Source: Octopus sinensis
Lineage: Eukaryota
DNA length: 64,000 nt
Assembly: GCF_006345805.1 (NCBI RefSeq)
Contig: NC_043002.1
Coordinates: 47,244,001 to 47,308,000 of the forward strand
Direction: 5' to 3'
Below, one piece after another: positions 24,633 to 41,243 of the stretch; the first letter of the stretch is position 1; every line of letters begins with the position of its first letter. Below the pieces are notes generated by a model. The model was not told where the DNA came from. It saw only the letters and a list, made by a program, of their open reading frames with translations, and ran no database searches. The position numbers and the translations under genes are program-made.

Positions 24633-25281
24633 CTACAAAAGAAAAGAAAAATACATATGAACATCAACGGAATTTTGTTTTTGAGGAAGTATTTAATAAC
24701 GCCTGTAAGCCGGTTGTTGTTTGTCTATATGTTACGTTTTTCTTCTATCAACAATAACAAATTCAGTTAAAAACTAAAAACCAAGAATGTAAAAATATAT
24801 ATTCATTGAACAGATTACAAGCTGATGTAGTGCATGATATTTTGGGGGTCATGAACAAATAACTATTTTGAAGAAATAAAAACAAGTGGAATAGAGAGAA
24901 ACAAAAACTACTGTATAGATTTTATCTATGTATAAAATCTATACATAGATTTTATTATGACTCGTAGAAACAGTAAATCAGATTAAAGTGACGAGGAAGG
25001 GTAACTTTGAGTCAGAGTAAGTGGAAATATTTGTTCCTGATATTCTGCTGGGAGAAGTGTAAATGGAACATAAACCTTGCTTGGAAGCTAAAGGTTTTGT
25101 GTCGCAGCAAAGCTGTAATGACTTGTGTGTAAGGGAGTAATAATGTGTAGAATCCAGGTCGGTTCGTCTTTATAATTTTATTTTAAATTGCATACATTAG
25201 TATTTAATTCACCTTATTTTCGTGTTAATCACATCGTCAATCACCTTGATTTTGTCTTACGAAAAATAATGAATTACTTAC

Positions 25282-25364
25282 CATTACACTCCAGAAGTTT
25301 GTTATATCCCTCGTCCACCTCACATTTGGATTTCTCAGCACAGTCAAGATATTCTTTATAATAC
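25282..25364 (-). CDS. Penultimate exon (phase 2 to 1): YYKEYLDCAEKSKCEVDEGYNKLLECN
   Basis: Acceptor ttttcttttctctctcttcctag, donor g|gtaagt; splices in frame to the terminal exon; Cys spacing matches 45656-45744. Confidence 0.8.
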
Positions 25365-25523
25365 CTAGGAAGAGAGAGAAAAGAAAACATATTGTTGAAG
25401 CGATAGAATTTGTAATGAAATATGACACTACTCAATGTTTTCCTCATGTTCCTTAATTAATCCTTTGTCTGTCTTGTGCATCTCTTGGGATTCACAGGAT
25501 GTATTTCCTTAACCACCATGTAC

Positions 25524-25620
25524 CATATATGTTGCACATTCGCAATATTTACAATCACCAGTGTAATTTGGAACTCAAGAAAAGATAGCTTTATATTACT
25601 CAGGACGTTTGAAGAAAGAG
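25524..25620 (-). pseudogene. Decayed or ambiguous exon resembling 49529-49604
   Basis: The Cys frame (RPE*YKAIFS*VPNYTGDCKYCE) aligns without gaps but has two stops and an AT instead of GT donor. Another frame is open, phase 1 to 2, but lacks Cys. Confidence 0.35.
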
Positions 25621-25861
25621 CTAAAGAAAAGTTTGAATACAAGCGTGGACGATTATGACAAACATGAAAATGCTTTGGACAAGCAAAAGTATAATATAAT
25701 CTATATTTTTCCGATACAACTTTATTTTATCGACCCTGAGAAGATGAAAGACAAATATAATTTGGCAGAATTTGAAATCAGAATGTATAGAGCCGAAAGA
25801 AATACCAGAAAGTATATGTCCAATACTAAGGTTCCTGCTAGTACGCCGCCTCTTCATTTTG

Positions 25862-26075
25862 TTTTATATAATAACGTTTTCTGATTTACGCATAAAACCA
25901 GCACTTATGAGGGGATGGGTTTGTTGAAACGATCGGCTCAATAACTTGATTGTCATTTTATTTTCTTGATCGCAGAGAAGGCAAAGTTCCCTTTGCGGGA
26001 TTTGAAGTGAGAACGCAAAGGTTTGGAACAAATTCAACAAGGTAATTTTTCTGATGCTCAAACGTTTCTGCTAAA
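25862..26075 (-). mobile_element. Degenerate SINE
   Basis: Reverse-complement similarity to the 716-929 family. Confidence 0.6.
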
Positions 26076-26249
26076 ATGATGATCTCTTTATTAACCACAA
26101 AATTGACAAAAATATCAAGGCCAGCACAAGACGATGTGATATGGGATTACATAAAAATATGTAAACAAGAGAATTATCAAAAGATAAATACAAAGATTCA
26201 AAGACCAATTTCCCAGCATAGGAGAACCTCTGAGAGCTATTCGTGGAAG

Positions 26250-26620
26250 TCCTACAAAAATCACGGTCTTAGACAAGTGCCCCCTCACAACTACCATTCC
26301 CCAATTTACAGTCGCATGCTTAAGGCCCGTTCCTTTTATGTGGGTAAAATGTCTTATGTTATTTGTGTTCCCACACAAGTGACACTTTGTCCTTCTACTC
26401 ACAACAGCCACGTGAAGGTTTGTGCAATCTGGTAGCGTTATGAAGCTAGGGATCGCCTCGACATTTGGCAGATCTATCTGTGTTAACCACACATGATCTT
26501 CTGTATTCTCAGTATCTGCAGAATACTGGCTTTCTCTTTTATGTCAAAGAGAACCGCTTCCACCAACCAGTGGATGTTGATTTCTGGTGGTATATTTAAT
26601 ATTCTTATTTTATACACACT
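26250..26620 (-). mobile_element. LINE ORF1/gag-like fragment with degenerate zinc knuckle
   Basis: IPSFITLPDCTNLHVAVVSRRTKCHLCG. Confidence 0.5.
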
Positions 26621-26719
26621 TCAGCCAAGGTAAATGGGGCTGAGGATGAGTTTGTAACTCCTTAAGGTGGTTGTTGAGTGCTTTTTGGCCTTTTCTTCTG
26701 AGGTGAACTTCACTTCCAG

Positions 26720-28809
26720 CTACTCATCAATAAGATGATCTTAGAAGATTGTCACAAACGACACAAAAACTTATCAATAGCCTGGATAGACAATAAAAAG
26801 GCTTTTGATAGCCTACCACATAGCTGGATTAAGAAATGCCTGGAAATGTATAAAATAGCGCCTACTCTGCGAAACATTTTGTCTGTAAGTATGAGATCAT
26901 GGAGAACCACACTAACTTTGAACAGTGACGATGAATTTCTAAATGCTAGTGATGTAAAAATTTCATTTGGTATTTTCCACTCCTCTTTTGTTTAGCCTTA
27001 ATACCTCTCTCAAAATTGCTCAGTGACGCACAGTACGGATATAAAATGTTGGATAAAAATATAAATCATATCATTTACATGGATGATTTAAAGCTTTTTG
27101 CAAAAAATGACTAACAACTCAAGGGCTTACTAACGATTGTTAAACGATTCAGTGATGACATCAGAATGCAATTTGGCCTCGATAAGTGTGCAAAAGCTAC
27201 CTTTATCAAAGGAAAAATGACAGAAACATCTAACGTTTACCTTGACCAGCAGAATGTCATAAAAGAGTTAGACCCAGCGGAGAGCTACAAGTATCTAGGG
27301 GTAATTGAAGGAGAAGGAATAAGGCATTCAGTGATGAAGGAAAGGATCAGGAGAGAATGTTATCTCAGACTAAGAGCAATACTCAAGACAGAGCTGAATG
27401 CGAGAAACAGGATTGAAGCGATCAATGCTTTAGCCATACAAGTCGTGACTTACAGTTTCAATATCATTAACTGGTCAATTACTGAAATATGTAATCTTGA
27501 CAGAAAAATACGAATACCGTTGACAATGCATAGAATGCACCATCCTAAGCCAGATATAGAATGACTTTATCTGCCAAGAAAAGAGGGAGGTCGTGGACTT
27601 TTACAACTGGCAATAACAATGAAGATTGCTACAATTGGCCTAGACACCTACCTGAAAAAGTCTGAGGACTGGATGTTAAAACTTGTCTCAAAACATGAAA
27701 ACAAGAAAGCATCATACTCAGTAACAAAACAGGCAAAGGAATATCTAAGTGAATTCCGAATACACCAAATTTCGGAATTAGACTTACAAGAAACAAGCAC
27801 AGACAATGCTAAGCGCATGAAAACCCGTGCTAAAACTGCTACCTTAGATATTCTTACTGATAAATCGCAAGAAAAACCTCTCTATGGCAAATACCCAAAG
27901 AGAGTGAATAATGCAGATGTTGACAAAGCCCTGACCCATCAATGGCTAATGGCCTCTGGCTTAAAATCTAAAACAGAAGGGTTTATCATAGCAGCTCAAG
28001 ATCAATGCCTACCTACAAGGAACTACCAGGCCAACATATTAAAGAACAGCAGTAGCCCAACATGTCGTGTATGTCAACAACAAAAGGAAACCATTGATCA
28101 TGTTGTCTCCAAGTGCAGTCTTCTAGCGCCTACAGAGTATCTCAACAGGTATGATAGACTGCACAATATATTCACTGGGTAATTTGCAAAAGCCTGAACT
28201 TGCTCCATGATAAAAACTGGTGGGAACACAAACCACCTCCAGTGCTTGAAAATGACCACATCTCACTCCTCTGGAACTTCACAATTCAAATTGACAGAAA
28301 GGTAGATGCGAATAGGCCAGACATCTTAGTAAAAGACTTCAGACAAAAAACATGCCTCCTCATTGATGTGACTGTCCCAATCGATATAAATGTATCTGTC
28401 AAGACCTACCAGAAACTGAGCAAATATAAAGATCTGCAAACAGAAATCAGCAAAATGTGGAACCTGAAGACTAAAACAATACCTGTTATCATAGGTGTCC
28501 TAGAAATGATAGCAAAAGGAGCTGATTGCTACCTAACTCAGATACCAGGAAACCCCAAAATGGCAGAAATTCAAAAGATAGTGCTCATGGGAACTGCTCA
28601 TATCCTACTGTCTATGTAATCTCAAGTTTTGAAACAAACATAATTTTCGTATGATTTTTAGGCATTCACTAGTACAACACTAAGTACAAAACCAAATATA
28701 TGGCACCCTAGGCATAACACCAATACGAACTTCCAACTTGTTGTCTCTTGCGGTCTCTGGGTGAGACTTGGAGCAAGCTTGTGCAAATGTAAAGCAAAAG
28801 TCAAACATA

Positions 28810-28851
<42 letters not shown>

Positions 28852-28886
28852 TGATAATAATGATAATAATAATAATAATAATAATA

Positions 28887-28918
<32 letters not shown>
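26720..28918 (+). mobile_element. 5'-truncated R4/Dong-type non-LTR retrotransposon (RT + RLE) with (AAT)n tail
   Basis: AWID.KKAFDSLPHSW, CRVCQQQKETIDHVVSKC, RPDI, KLSKYKDL; lacks the QGDSLS motif present in copy 2. Confidence 0.9.
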
Positions 28919-28919
<1 letters not shown>

Positions 28920-29398
28920 GGAGAAGGCGGCTGGACGTGATAGAAGCTAGACGTGTTTTTTCGCTGCTCTAACCAACCCAGCGTGACAACGGAAAAACTG
29001 GAAGATCTACTGTTTTCTGTGAGTAATTTGAATTTCCCTCAAAATAAGCTAAGGAACTTACATATCTACAGCTTTGCACATACAAGCAAACACCTAACAA
29101 AGAATTTAGAATCATAAATATCTCCAATTTTGTGTGAACAGTCTGCCGTCCCTTCTTTACCTTTTATTGTAACAACACAATTAAATGCACGATAAAAAAA
29201 CTATGGAAGTAAGCATATGCCAATATATATACACTGCACAACCACAAAAACTGTACACCACAGCATAACTTTTAAAAAGAAAAGAAAAATTTCTGAGCAT
29301 TCGAAAATGTAAACATTCTTCCCTTTGCAAAAATCTTTTTTTTTTTTCCAAATGGACATCTCAAGAATACTTAAAAAAACTTTAATATATTACCCAAA

Positions 29399-29625
29399 CA
29401 CGTAAACACGCAAACTTTTATTGCACCAACACAATTGAACTCAGAAATTAAAAAAAAAAATCATCGAATATCAGAAAATATGCGTGTAAGAATATACATA
29501 TACATATACACGTAAACACGTAAACTTTTATTGCAGCAACACAATTGAACTCAGAAATATTTTTAAAAAATCATCGAGTGAATATCGGAAAATATGCGTG
29601 TGTGAATATACATATACATATACAT
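29399..29625. repeat. Two-copy tandem duplication, 110-bp period
   Basis: cacgtaaacacg(c/t)aaacttttattgca at 29399 and 29509. Confidence 0.85.
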
Positions 29626-29924
29626 ATGTGTATGGGTATATATATATAGCTGGATTGCTTTTCAAGATAACGCTGGTACTAGTAAACAGGTTTGACCTCT
29701 CCCTGACCCAAAATGTCCTTTGCCCACCATCTGATGAATCTATTTATAGAACATGACCACTTGACCGTGGCGACGGTGATGGTGATGGGAATAATAATAA
29801 TAATAATAAGCTACTGCTGTGACTACACATAAAACAATGTCATTGATGATGATGATGGTGATGATGATGACGGTGATGATGATTATTCTTATTTTTGTTT
29901 GTTTACTCTTTTTTTTTATCTTTT

Positions 29925-30370
29925 TACTCTTTTTCTTGTTTCCGTCATTTGACTGCGGCCATGCTGGAGCACCGCCTTTTTAATCGAGCAACTCGACCCT
30001 GGGACTTATTCTTTTGTAAGCCCAGTACTTATTCTATCGGGCTCTTTTGCCGAACCGCTAAGTGACGGGGACGGAAAAAACACCAGCATCGGTTGTCAAG
30101 CAATGGTGGGGGGACAAACACAGACACACAAACACAGACACACAAACATATACATACATACATACATACATACATACATACATAAATACATACATACATA
30201 TATACATATATACGACGGGCTTCTTCCAGTTTCCGTCTACCAAATCCACTCACAAGGCTTTGGTCGGCCCGAGGCTATAGTAGAGGACACTTGCCCAAGA
30301 TGCCACGCAGTGGGACTGAACCCAGAACCATGGGGTTGGTAAACAAGCTACTTACCACACAGCCACTCCT
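29925..30370 (-). mobile_element. tRNA-derived octopus-type SINE
   Basis: Reverse complement of the 11971-12417 family. Confidence 0.85.
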
Positions 30371-30429
30371 GTTTGCTTATTTATTTATTTATTTATTTAT
30401 TATTTTTTTCTCGTATTTTATTCTCATTT

Positions 30430-33400
30430 TTTCGAACTAATACAGGCAGAGTGAACCTTTCATAAGTTTAGGGAAAAAAAGTGAATGAATAAATAAAAGG
30501 AAGAAGGGAAAACTATGCCAGGAGATAAAACTATCAACAAAAAAAATACAGATGAATACAGATCTGCTAGCCTTGAGAAGCTGCGCTACGAACAATGTTT
30601 ACGTGCAGAGAATCCTAAACTGACAGATCCGTCTCTTAATGTAAGAGTCGAAGCTCGTCATGCTTCAATGTCAACAAAACAACCTACAATCCGCGATGGT
30701 CGGCGAGCGGACTACAAAAGACCACGTACACGAAAATTGAACCAAAGTCTGATTGAAAAATCAGCTACTGGATAAAATCTTCCCGACACACAGGAGCTGG
30801 ACGTACCCCGCAACTGGAATATTCCAACAGATGGCCATCCATGCTCGTCACCAAACACTCAAAAGAAAAAGAAGGAAAAATGGACTAGGGAAGATAATAA
30901 AGAAGTTCTTGCGGCCTTCTACCACGCCATATATTTCCCCACAGATAAATCGAACACTATACAAACCTACATAAACTGGAGACAGAAATACCCTGAAGTA
31001 AGACCCAACATAGACAGTAACAAACTTGCCAACGTCAGAAAAAATATTATAAAAAAAAATTTACTGACTGAAGTAGAGATTGATCAAATTAGACAAGCAG
31101 TAACGGATAGAATGAACGAAGCTGCAGCTAGAGAAGATAATACAGAGGAAATAATTATAGACCAGCCCAGAGATAATAAAAACGAAGTAAGGATTGAAAG
31201 AGTTAGTATAAGTGATAGGCAAAGTGAAATACTCCCTGAACCAAATATAAACACTAAGACAGATGAACATCAAATAGATGAAGAAAGTCACACAAATATT
31301 GACCCGACAGAACTACATGAGCTAAAAAGTCAAATCATGATTGAATGGCTGAAAATTAAAGAAACCAGTATGGATGAACGTGATATACTCCCTAAAATCC
31401 GCAACTCTAACCAAAACATGAAAATAATTGGTAAAACCCGGCTTGCACTTAAGGATATAATTTCAGCTAATGATGTTGATATCACAGATCTCAACCACCT
31501 ATACTATGCATCCGCGAAAATCTCAACGATCCTATGTGGCGAAAAGATTAGAAAACGGCAACATTTCCACAAAAAGCCTTCTTAGCAAGAGCGTTTGCAA
31601 CAACAAATTAAAATATTTAGGTCTGACATTGAATATTTGAAAAACCTTAAGGTTCATAAGACTACCAAACCTACAAAAACCCCAAAACTAATGAAAAAAT
31701 ATAATATGAAAACTATACTTGATATTGATGCCACCATAGAAACCATCAAGCAAAAGGTATCTGCTAAAGCTACCCGCATAGCGAGGTATGAAAAGCGTGT
31801 TAGATTCTTCAGGGACAACAACATGTTCAAAAATAATCCCAAAAAGTTTTACAGGAAGATAGGAAAAACAACAGTTACTGTAAAGTCTGTACCATCAAAA
31901 GAAGAAGTGCAGGGATTTTGGAATAAAATTTGGGCAGAAGAAAAAACACACAGCGAAAAGGCCCCCTGGATTGATAGAATATCTAAAGAACTGGACTCAT
32001 TAGAAGAGCAAAAGTGGGAGGGTGTCAAGGTAGAAGATATAAGATCTGCTCTCAGGAGGTCAAGCAAATGGAAGTCACCAGGAAAGGATAAAATCCCTAA
32101 CTTTTGGTTGAATACCTTCCCAGAGAGCCATGAACTACTAACAACTTTACAATGATATTTTGCAACACCCTAGTAGGATGCCTCCTTGGCTAGTTAATGG
32201 GTTAACATTCCTGCTTCCAAAAAGTGAAGAAACAAATGAACCAAAAAACTATAGACCCATAACCTGCTTAACAACTATGTATAAAACACTAACATCTGTC
32301 CTGACGGAATATACCTATAGTTTTTTGACAGACAGCAGCATATTCCCTAATAAACAGAAAGGATGTAAACGTGGATCCTACGGTTGTAAAGATCAACTAC
32401 TCATCAATAAGATGATCTTAGAAGATTGTCACAAACGACACAAAAACTTATCAATAGCCTGGATAGACTATAAAAAGGCTTTTGATAGCCTACCACATAG
32501 CTGGATTAAGAAATGCCTAGAAATGTATAAGATAGCACCTGCCCTGCGAAACATTTTGTCTGTAAGTATGAGATCATGGAGAACCACACTAACTTTGAAC
32601 AGTGACAATGAATCTCTAAATGCTGGTGATGTAAAAATTTCATGTGGCATTTTCCAGGGAGACTCACTATCAACACTCCTCTTCTGTTTAGCCTTAATAC
32701 CTCTCTCAAAACTGCTCAATGACGCGCAGTACGGGTATAAAATGTTTGATAAAAATATAAATCATCTCATTTACATGGATGATTTAAAGCTCTTTGCAAA
32801 AGATGACCAACAACTCAAGGGCTTACTAGCGATTGTCAAACAATTCAGTGATGACATCAGAATGCAATTTGGCCTCGATAAGTGTGCAAAAGCTACCTTT
32901 ATCAAAGGAAAAATGACAGAAACATCTAACGTTTACCTTGACCAGCAGAATGTCATGAAAGAGTTAGACCCAGCAGAGAACTACAAGTATCTAGGGGTAA
33001 TTGAAGGAGAAGGAATAAGGCATTCAGAGATGAAGGAAAGGATCAGGAGAGAATGTTATCGCAGAGTAAGAGCAATACTCAAGACAGAGCTGAATGCGAG
33101 AAACAGGATCGAAGCGATCAATGCATTAGCCGTACATACCAGTTGTGACTTACAGTTTCAATATCGTTAACCGGTCAATTACTGAAATATGTAATCTTGA
33201 CAGAAAAATTCGAAAACTGTTGACAATGCATAGAATGCACCACCCTAAGGCAGATACAGAACGACTTTATCTGCCAAGAAAAGAGGGAGGCCGTGGAATT
33301 TTACAACTGGCAATAACAATGAAGATTGCTACAATTGGCCTAGACACCTACCTGAAAAAGTCTGAGGACTGGATGTTAAAACTTGTCTCAAAACATGAAA

Positions 33401-34582
33401 ACAAGAAAGCATCATACTCAGTAACAAAACAGGCAAAGGAATATCTAAGTGAATTCCGAATACAACAAATTTCGGAATTAGAGATAGACATACAAGAAAC
33501 AGGCACAGAAAAAGCTAAGCACATGAAAACCCGTGCTAAACCTGCGGCCTTAGATATTCTGAATGATAAATGGCAAGAAAAACCTCTCTATGGCAAATAC
33601 CCAAAGAGACCGAATAATGCAGATGTTGACAAAGCTCTGACCCATCAATGGCTAATGGCCTCTGGCTTAAAATCTGAAACAGAGGGGTTTATCATAGCAG
33701 CTCAAGATCAATGCCTACCAACAAGAAACTACCAGGCCAACATATTAAAGATCAGAAGCAGTCCAACGTGTCGTGTATGCCAGCAACAAAATGAAACCAT
33801 TGACCATGTGGTCTCCAAGTGCAGTCTTCTAGCGCCTACAGAGTATCTCAACAGACACGTTAGAGCTGCACAATATATTCACTGGGTAATCTGCAAAAAC
33901 CTGGATTTGCCCCATGAAAAAAACTGGTGGGAACACAAACCACCTCCAGTGCTTGAAAATGACCACATCTCATTCCTCTGGAACTTCACCATTCAAACTG
34001 ACAGAAAGATAGATGCAAATAGGCCAGACATCATATTGAAAGACTTCAAACAAAGAACATGCGTCCTCATTGATATGACTGTCCCAATCGATATAAACGT
34101 ATCTGTCAAGACCTACCAAAAACTGAGCAAATATAAAGATCTGGAAACAGAAATCAGCAAAATGTGGAAGCTGAAGACTAAAACGATACCTGTTGTCATA
34201 GGTGCCCTGGGAATGATAGCAAAAGGGGCTGATAGCTACCTAACTCAGATACCAGGAAACCCAAAAATAGCAGAAATTCAAAAGATAGTGCTCATAGGAA
34301 CTGCTCATATCCTACGCAAAATACTTTCTATGTAATCTCAAGGTTTAAAACAAACATAATTTTCGGTTTTTAAGGAAAAAAAAAAAAATTTTTTTTTTTT
34401 TTAGACATTCATTAGTACAACACCAAAAACTCCCCCCCTCCCAAATATATAGCACACTAGGCATAACAACAACATGAACTTCCAACCTGTTGTCTCTTGA
34501 GGTCTCTGGGTGAGACTTGGAGCCAACTTGTACAAATATAAAGCAAAACTCAAACATAGAATAATAATAATAATAATAATAA
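30430..34582 (+). mobile_element. Near full-length R4/Dong-type retrotransposon, several stops and frameshifts, (AAT)n tail
   Basis: KWKSPGKDKIPNFWL, NYRPITCL, IFQGDSLS, HLIYMDDLKLFAK, CCHC finger, RPDI...IDMTVP...KLSKYKDLE restriction-like endonuclease. Confidence 0.92.
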
Positions 34583-34589
34583 TTGGGGT

Positions 34590-34925
34590 TTGGGTAATTC
34601 ACCTCTGGAAACATGGATGTTTCATTCAACATCCTTAAACAACTCTTAAACAACTCTTATTCAGGGACCTTTTGAGCGGGATGGGTTACTTGACCAGAAG
34701 AAAATTCTAACTGGGCCCCACCTGCAAGGTCATGTGCTGTTTATCTTGATATGAGATCACCATTTCGCGCACATATGGTTATGATGCATGTGCCTAGTGT
34801 ACCCTTATAGGACGGGTAGTCATGATGGGTATACTGGGCTTCGTATATTTTACTCCAGTGTCACTTTGCTGGCATGCACTGCTCTCTCACTCAATAATAA
34901 TAATAATAATATTAATAATAATAAT
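34590..34925 (+). mobile_element. 3' end of another retroelement ending in (AAT)n
   Basis: GC-richer block directly after the R4 tail, ending ctctctcactc(aat)n; family not assigned. Confidence 0.5.
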
Positions 34926-35659
34926 CTCTTCCAACGTAGGTATAACATCTCACAGTTGAGTGGAGGAGACTACACGATTATGTCAACCACAGTGTTTGAC
35001 GGGTTCTTTATTTATCACCTTTGGAGTGATGAAAGCAAAGTTCACCTCAGCAAAACGTGAAATCAAAAGGCAAAGAATTGTTACATTTAATGCAAAGCAT
35101 TTTATTACATGCTCTAAAGATTTTGCCATTCGTCTACCCACGGCACCTTAAATAATAAAAATAACACTACAGTTGAGCTTAAAATTTTGAAACTTTTTTT
35201 ACAAACTAAAATTGTTATGTTCAAGTACAATTCGATTCAAATATATACAAAGTATATATTTGGGCATTAAATATAAAAATTCTAATTCGCATACATTTGT
35301 TCCAAACTTTTGGTCAAGTAATAATATATTGCAAATTAAATATAAAAATTCTAATTTTTAGACCTATGTTCCAATCTTTTGGCCACAACTGTTATCAAAA
35401 GTAAATTGTGTTTGAAATTTGTGGGATGGTATACAGTTTCTTACTCTATACTTTACAATATCTTATTCAATGTCTCATGACTTGATTCAAATACTAGCAG
35501 TGTAAAGTTTCTTCTCCCTTTATCTCCTTCTGCAAACTGAAACTTGAAAACATATGAGACACATCTCTTCCTTGAATATAACAATTTAGCCCACTCTTAA
35601 GTAAAACATTGCATAACATTACTTTAATGAGTTACATATATAAATTAAGAATGGATTAC

Positions 35660-35734
35660 CGTTACCAAGCAGAGTTGTGATAGATGCACAATATGAAGAT
35701 AAAGTCGTCAAGCAGTTCCTCAAAAGCACATTGT
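35660..35734 (-). CDS. Candidate exon (phase 1 to 1): NVLLRNCLTTLSSYCASITTLLGN
   Basis: catacag acceptor, g|gtaatc donor; the SYCAS motif recurs near 44985-45010 with third-position changes only. Confidence 0.35.
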
Positions 35735-36313
35735 CTGTATGATCAGTATTTCATAAATATCAATATATAACGAATCATATTAAAAGTAGTATAAATAAAA
35801 CTAGATATCATGCTAGTCCTTATCTGAATGTCTCTTTTATAAAGTTATATTAACTACATTGAATGTTTTCGGGGGATATGGTTCTATATTTACCCGCATT
35901 GCTCATCTCTTGTGCTGTTTAGCGGTTCCTTTAAAGTATTCGTACACTTAGAATATTCAATACCGTTGCAACTGGTATCTGCAAGAGCAAAAAAATTTTA
36001 AAAATTGCGTGTATTGAACAAAACAAATATCAACATATTTCAGTTCTTCCGTTGAGGAATATTCAATAATAGAAAACATTTAAATATGTTTAACCGTACG
36101 CTTGTGTTTGTGTGTTAGTGTGTGTATGTGTGTGTATATGTGTGTGTGTGACTGTAGTTCAACTTTGTAAAAACATTTAAATGTTCATGTATATGTGTGT
36201 GTACACACACACACACACTCATTATACATGAACATTGTTTATTTACTGCACGTTTTTTTAATTATATATATAGGTATGTCATATTTTCAGTTCGTTGGCT
36301 TTTTATTTAATCC

Positions 36314-36360
<47 letters not shown>

Positions 36361-36363
<3 letters not shown>

Positions 36364-36915
36364 AGCAAAACGCCTCCCGTCCAATGGACGGTACTGAATC
36401 ATATCTGCTGGATAAAAAGCAATCAGTGTTTTCTTTTCATTAAAAAATAATTAAGCATGCCTTTATTTCACAAAACGTTTTGGTTTTGTTAAACGAAGTT
36501 AAGGGGAAAAAAAGACTTCTTGAGAAACCAAATAGTCTTTCCTACCTTCATGCCAGGTTTGAAGAAAATATCTCTTATGCGTCTTACTTTTTAGGTCTCT
36601 TAATTATACTGCATTTTGTGGTATTATTTCAAGCCAGCCGGCTTTTTTTTTTTGCATAAACTGCACGTGCATTTTTCTCGCGTACGCGTAGTATTGATCG
36701 CAAAAGCTGATGTATTTGTGCGTACAAATGCACGTTCCCACGGATTTATCGATCGCATTCTCACCTGGAATCGATTTTTGTAATTTTTTTCAAGACTTAT
36801 AGACGCTCTGATACCGTCGGTATCTACATATCAAATTTGAGTGCAATCAGATGGGGGATGCCCGAGATCCTAGAAGACACACACACACACACACAGACAG
36901 AACGGATTTTATATA
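36361..36915 (+). mobile_element. Non-autonomous Helitron/HINE-like element
   Basis: 5' hairpin ccgtccaatggacgg, 3' (CA)n-cagacagaacggattttatata terminus, inserted in TA repeats. Confidence 0.45.
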
Positions 36916-36994
36916 ACATATATATATATATATAGGTGAAATTTGTTGATTTTATTAAATTAATTATATTTCACCCTATATCTGTAATGACTAA

Positions 36995-37049
<55 letters not shown>

Positions 37050-37109
37050 CGCAGGTAAAGCATAAATCCGAAATAGAAGTACACTCTAAGTTATAGAGCA
37101 GTATATTAT

Positions 37110-39725
<2,616 letters not shown>

Positions 39726-39790
39726 GTGTGTATATATATATACACACACACGCATACATATATAAGATATATACATTATTTTAATAAGTA

Positions 39791-40829
39791 CGAGGGGCGT
39801 TCAATAAGTAATGCCCCTTACCCACTTCCCATAGCAGTAGAGCAACGAAACTTGGCACAGGTATTAGTCTTTTTCTACATAGGAACAACCCAGAGGTACG
39901 CATTTCTCCCATCGTTTGATGCAGTTCTGGAGACCGTTTTCGTAGAAGACCCCAGCTTGGTCCTCCAACCACGACGTGACTTCAGAAATCAAGGCTGCAT
40001 CATCTGAGAAACGCTTTCCTTTCAAAAACAACTTCATTGCTGGGAAGAGGTGAAAATCAGAGGGTGCAAGGTCAGGAGAGTAGGGGGTGGGGGAAGAGTT
40101 CATAGCCGCACGCCTGTGCTTCTGATCTGGCGACACGCGAGTTGTGGACCGGAGCGTTGTCCTGCAGGAGGAGGATGCCTTTGCTGATCTTGCCCCGCCT
40201 CTTGGTTTCGATAGCTTCTCTTAATTTCCTCAAAAGTGAAACATGATAGGCTCCTGTAATTGTGGTACCCTTTGCCAGGAAATCTGTCATCACTACTCCG
40301 TCCTGGTCCCAGAAGACTGTGAGCATGACCTTGCCAGCGGAGGGCTGCACCCTTGCCTTCTTTGGAGGAGGTGAGTCATGGTGCTTCCGCTGCATTGACT
40401 GGGCTTTGGTCTCTGGATCATAGTGATGGACCCAGGTCTCATCCTGTGTAATCAGTCTTTTGAAAAATTTTGACTCATCTTCTTGGCATATCCCTAAATT
40501 CTTGCTTCTGGAATTCTTGCGTTCTTGCTTCTGGAAAAGTGTGAGCAACCTGGAAATCCATCTGGCAGACACCTTTTGCATATGCAAATGGTCATGAATG
40601 ATAGCTTCCACAGACCCGGTACTAATCTTGACCTCATGGGCTATTTGGCGAATAGTTATGCGTCGATCTTCCAAAATGGCAGCCTCAACTTGACGGACAG
40701 ATGCCTCATCAATGGCAGAAGGGGTGCGACCAGATCTGGGAGCTGTTTCCACAGAGTTCCGACCATGTTTGAATTCACGATCAAACAAAGGCAAGTGGGT
40801 CAGAGGCATTACTTATTGAACGTCCCTCG
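39791..40829 (-). mobile_element. Mariner (irritans-like), internally deleted near the 5' end
   Basis: 25-bp TIR cgagggg/acgttcaataagtaatgcc with one mismatch, TA on both sides; ITQDETWVHHYDPE, QDNAPVH, YSPDLAPSDFHLF. Confidence 0.92.
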
Positions 40830-41243
40830 TATGCCTTCAAATATACACACTCAGTCTACCAGTCTATACTGATATAAATATATCGTCTACACACACACAC
40901 ACACACACACACATACACACACTCTCTCTCTCACACACACAAACACACACAAAATGTTTGTGTATCTCAGGCAACATAATTAGAGTATAGTAAGATAACA
41001 GGGTAACGCTGTTAGTCGGAGAAGTTAGGAAGGTAAAGGAAGAGAGTGGAATAAAATAAATCTAGATGGAATTAGATAAAATACAATAAAATGATTGTAG
41101 AGTACAAGGAGATTTGAGGAGGTTTAATTTTCTGTAATAGATTTAAGGATATAAGTAGATATAAAAGTAGATAGGTAGATAAAAAGATAGACAGACAGAT
41201 AAGAAATTGACAGACAGATAGCTAGATAGATAGATGTAAAATA

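Noticed and set aside
28920-29030. Plus-strand exon ending ttct|gtgagt
   Set aside because: Stops in all frames and no acceptor; a non-coding exon cannot be excluded.
29201-29268. Minus-strand MLWCTVFVVVQCIYIGICLLP* as a signal-peptide exon
   Set aside because: Good acceptor, but an in-frame stop follows and there is no phase-compatible donor.
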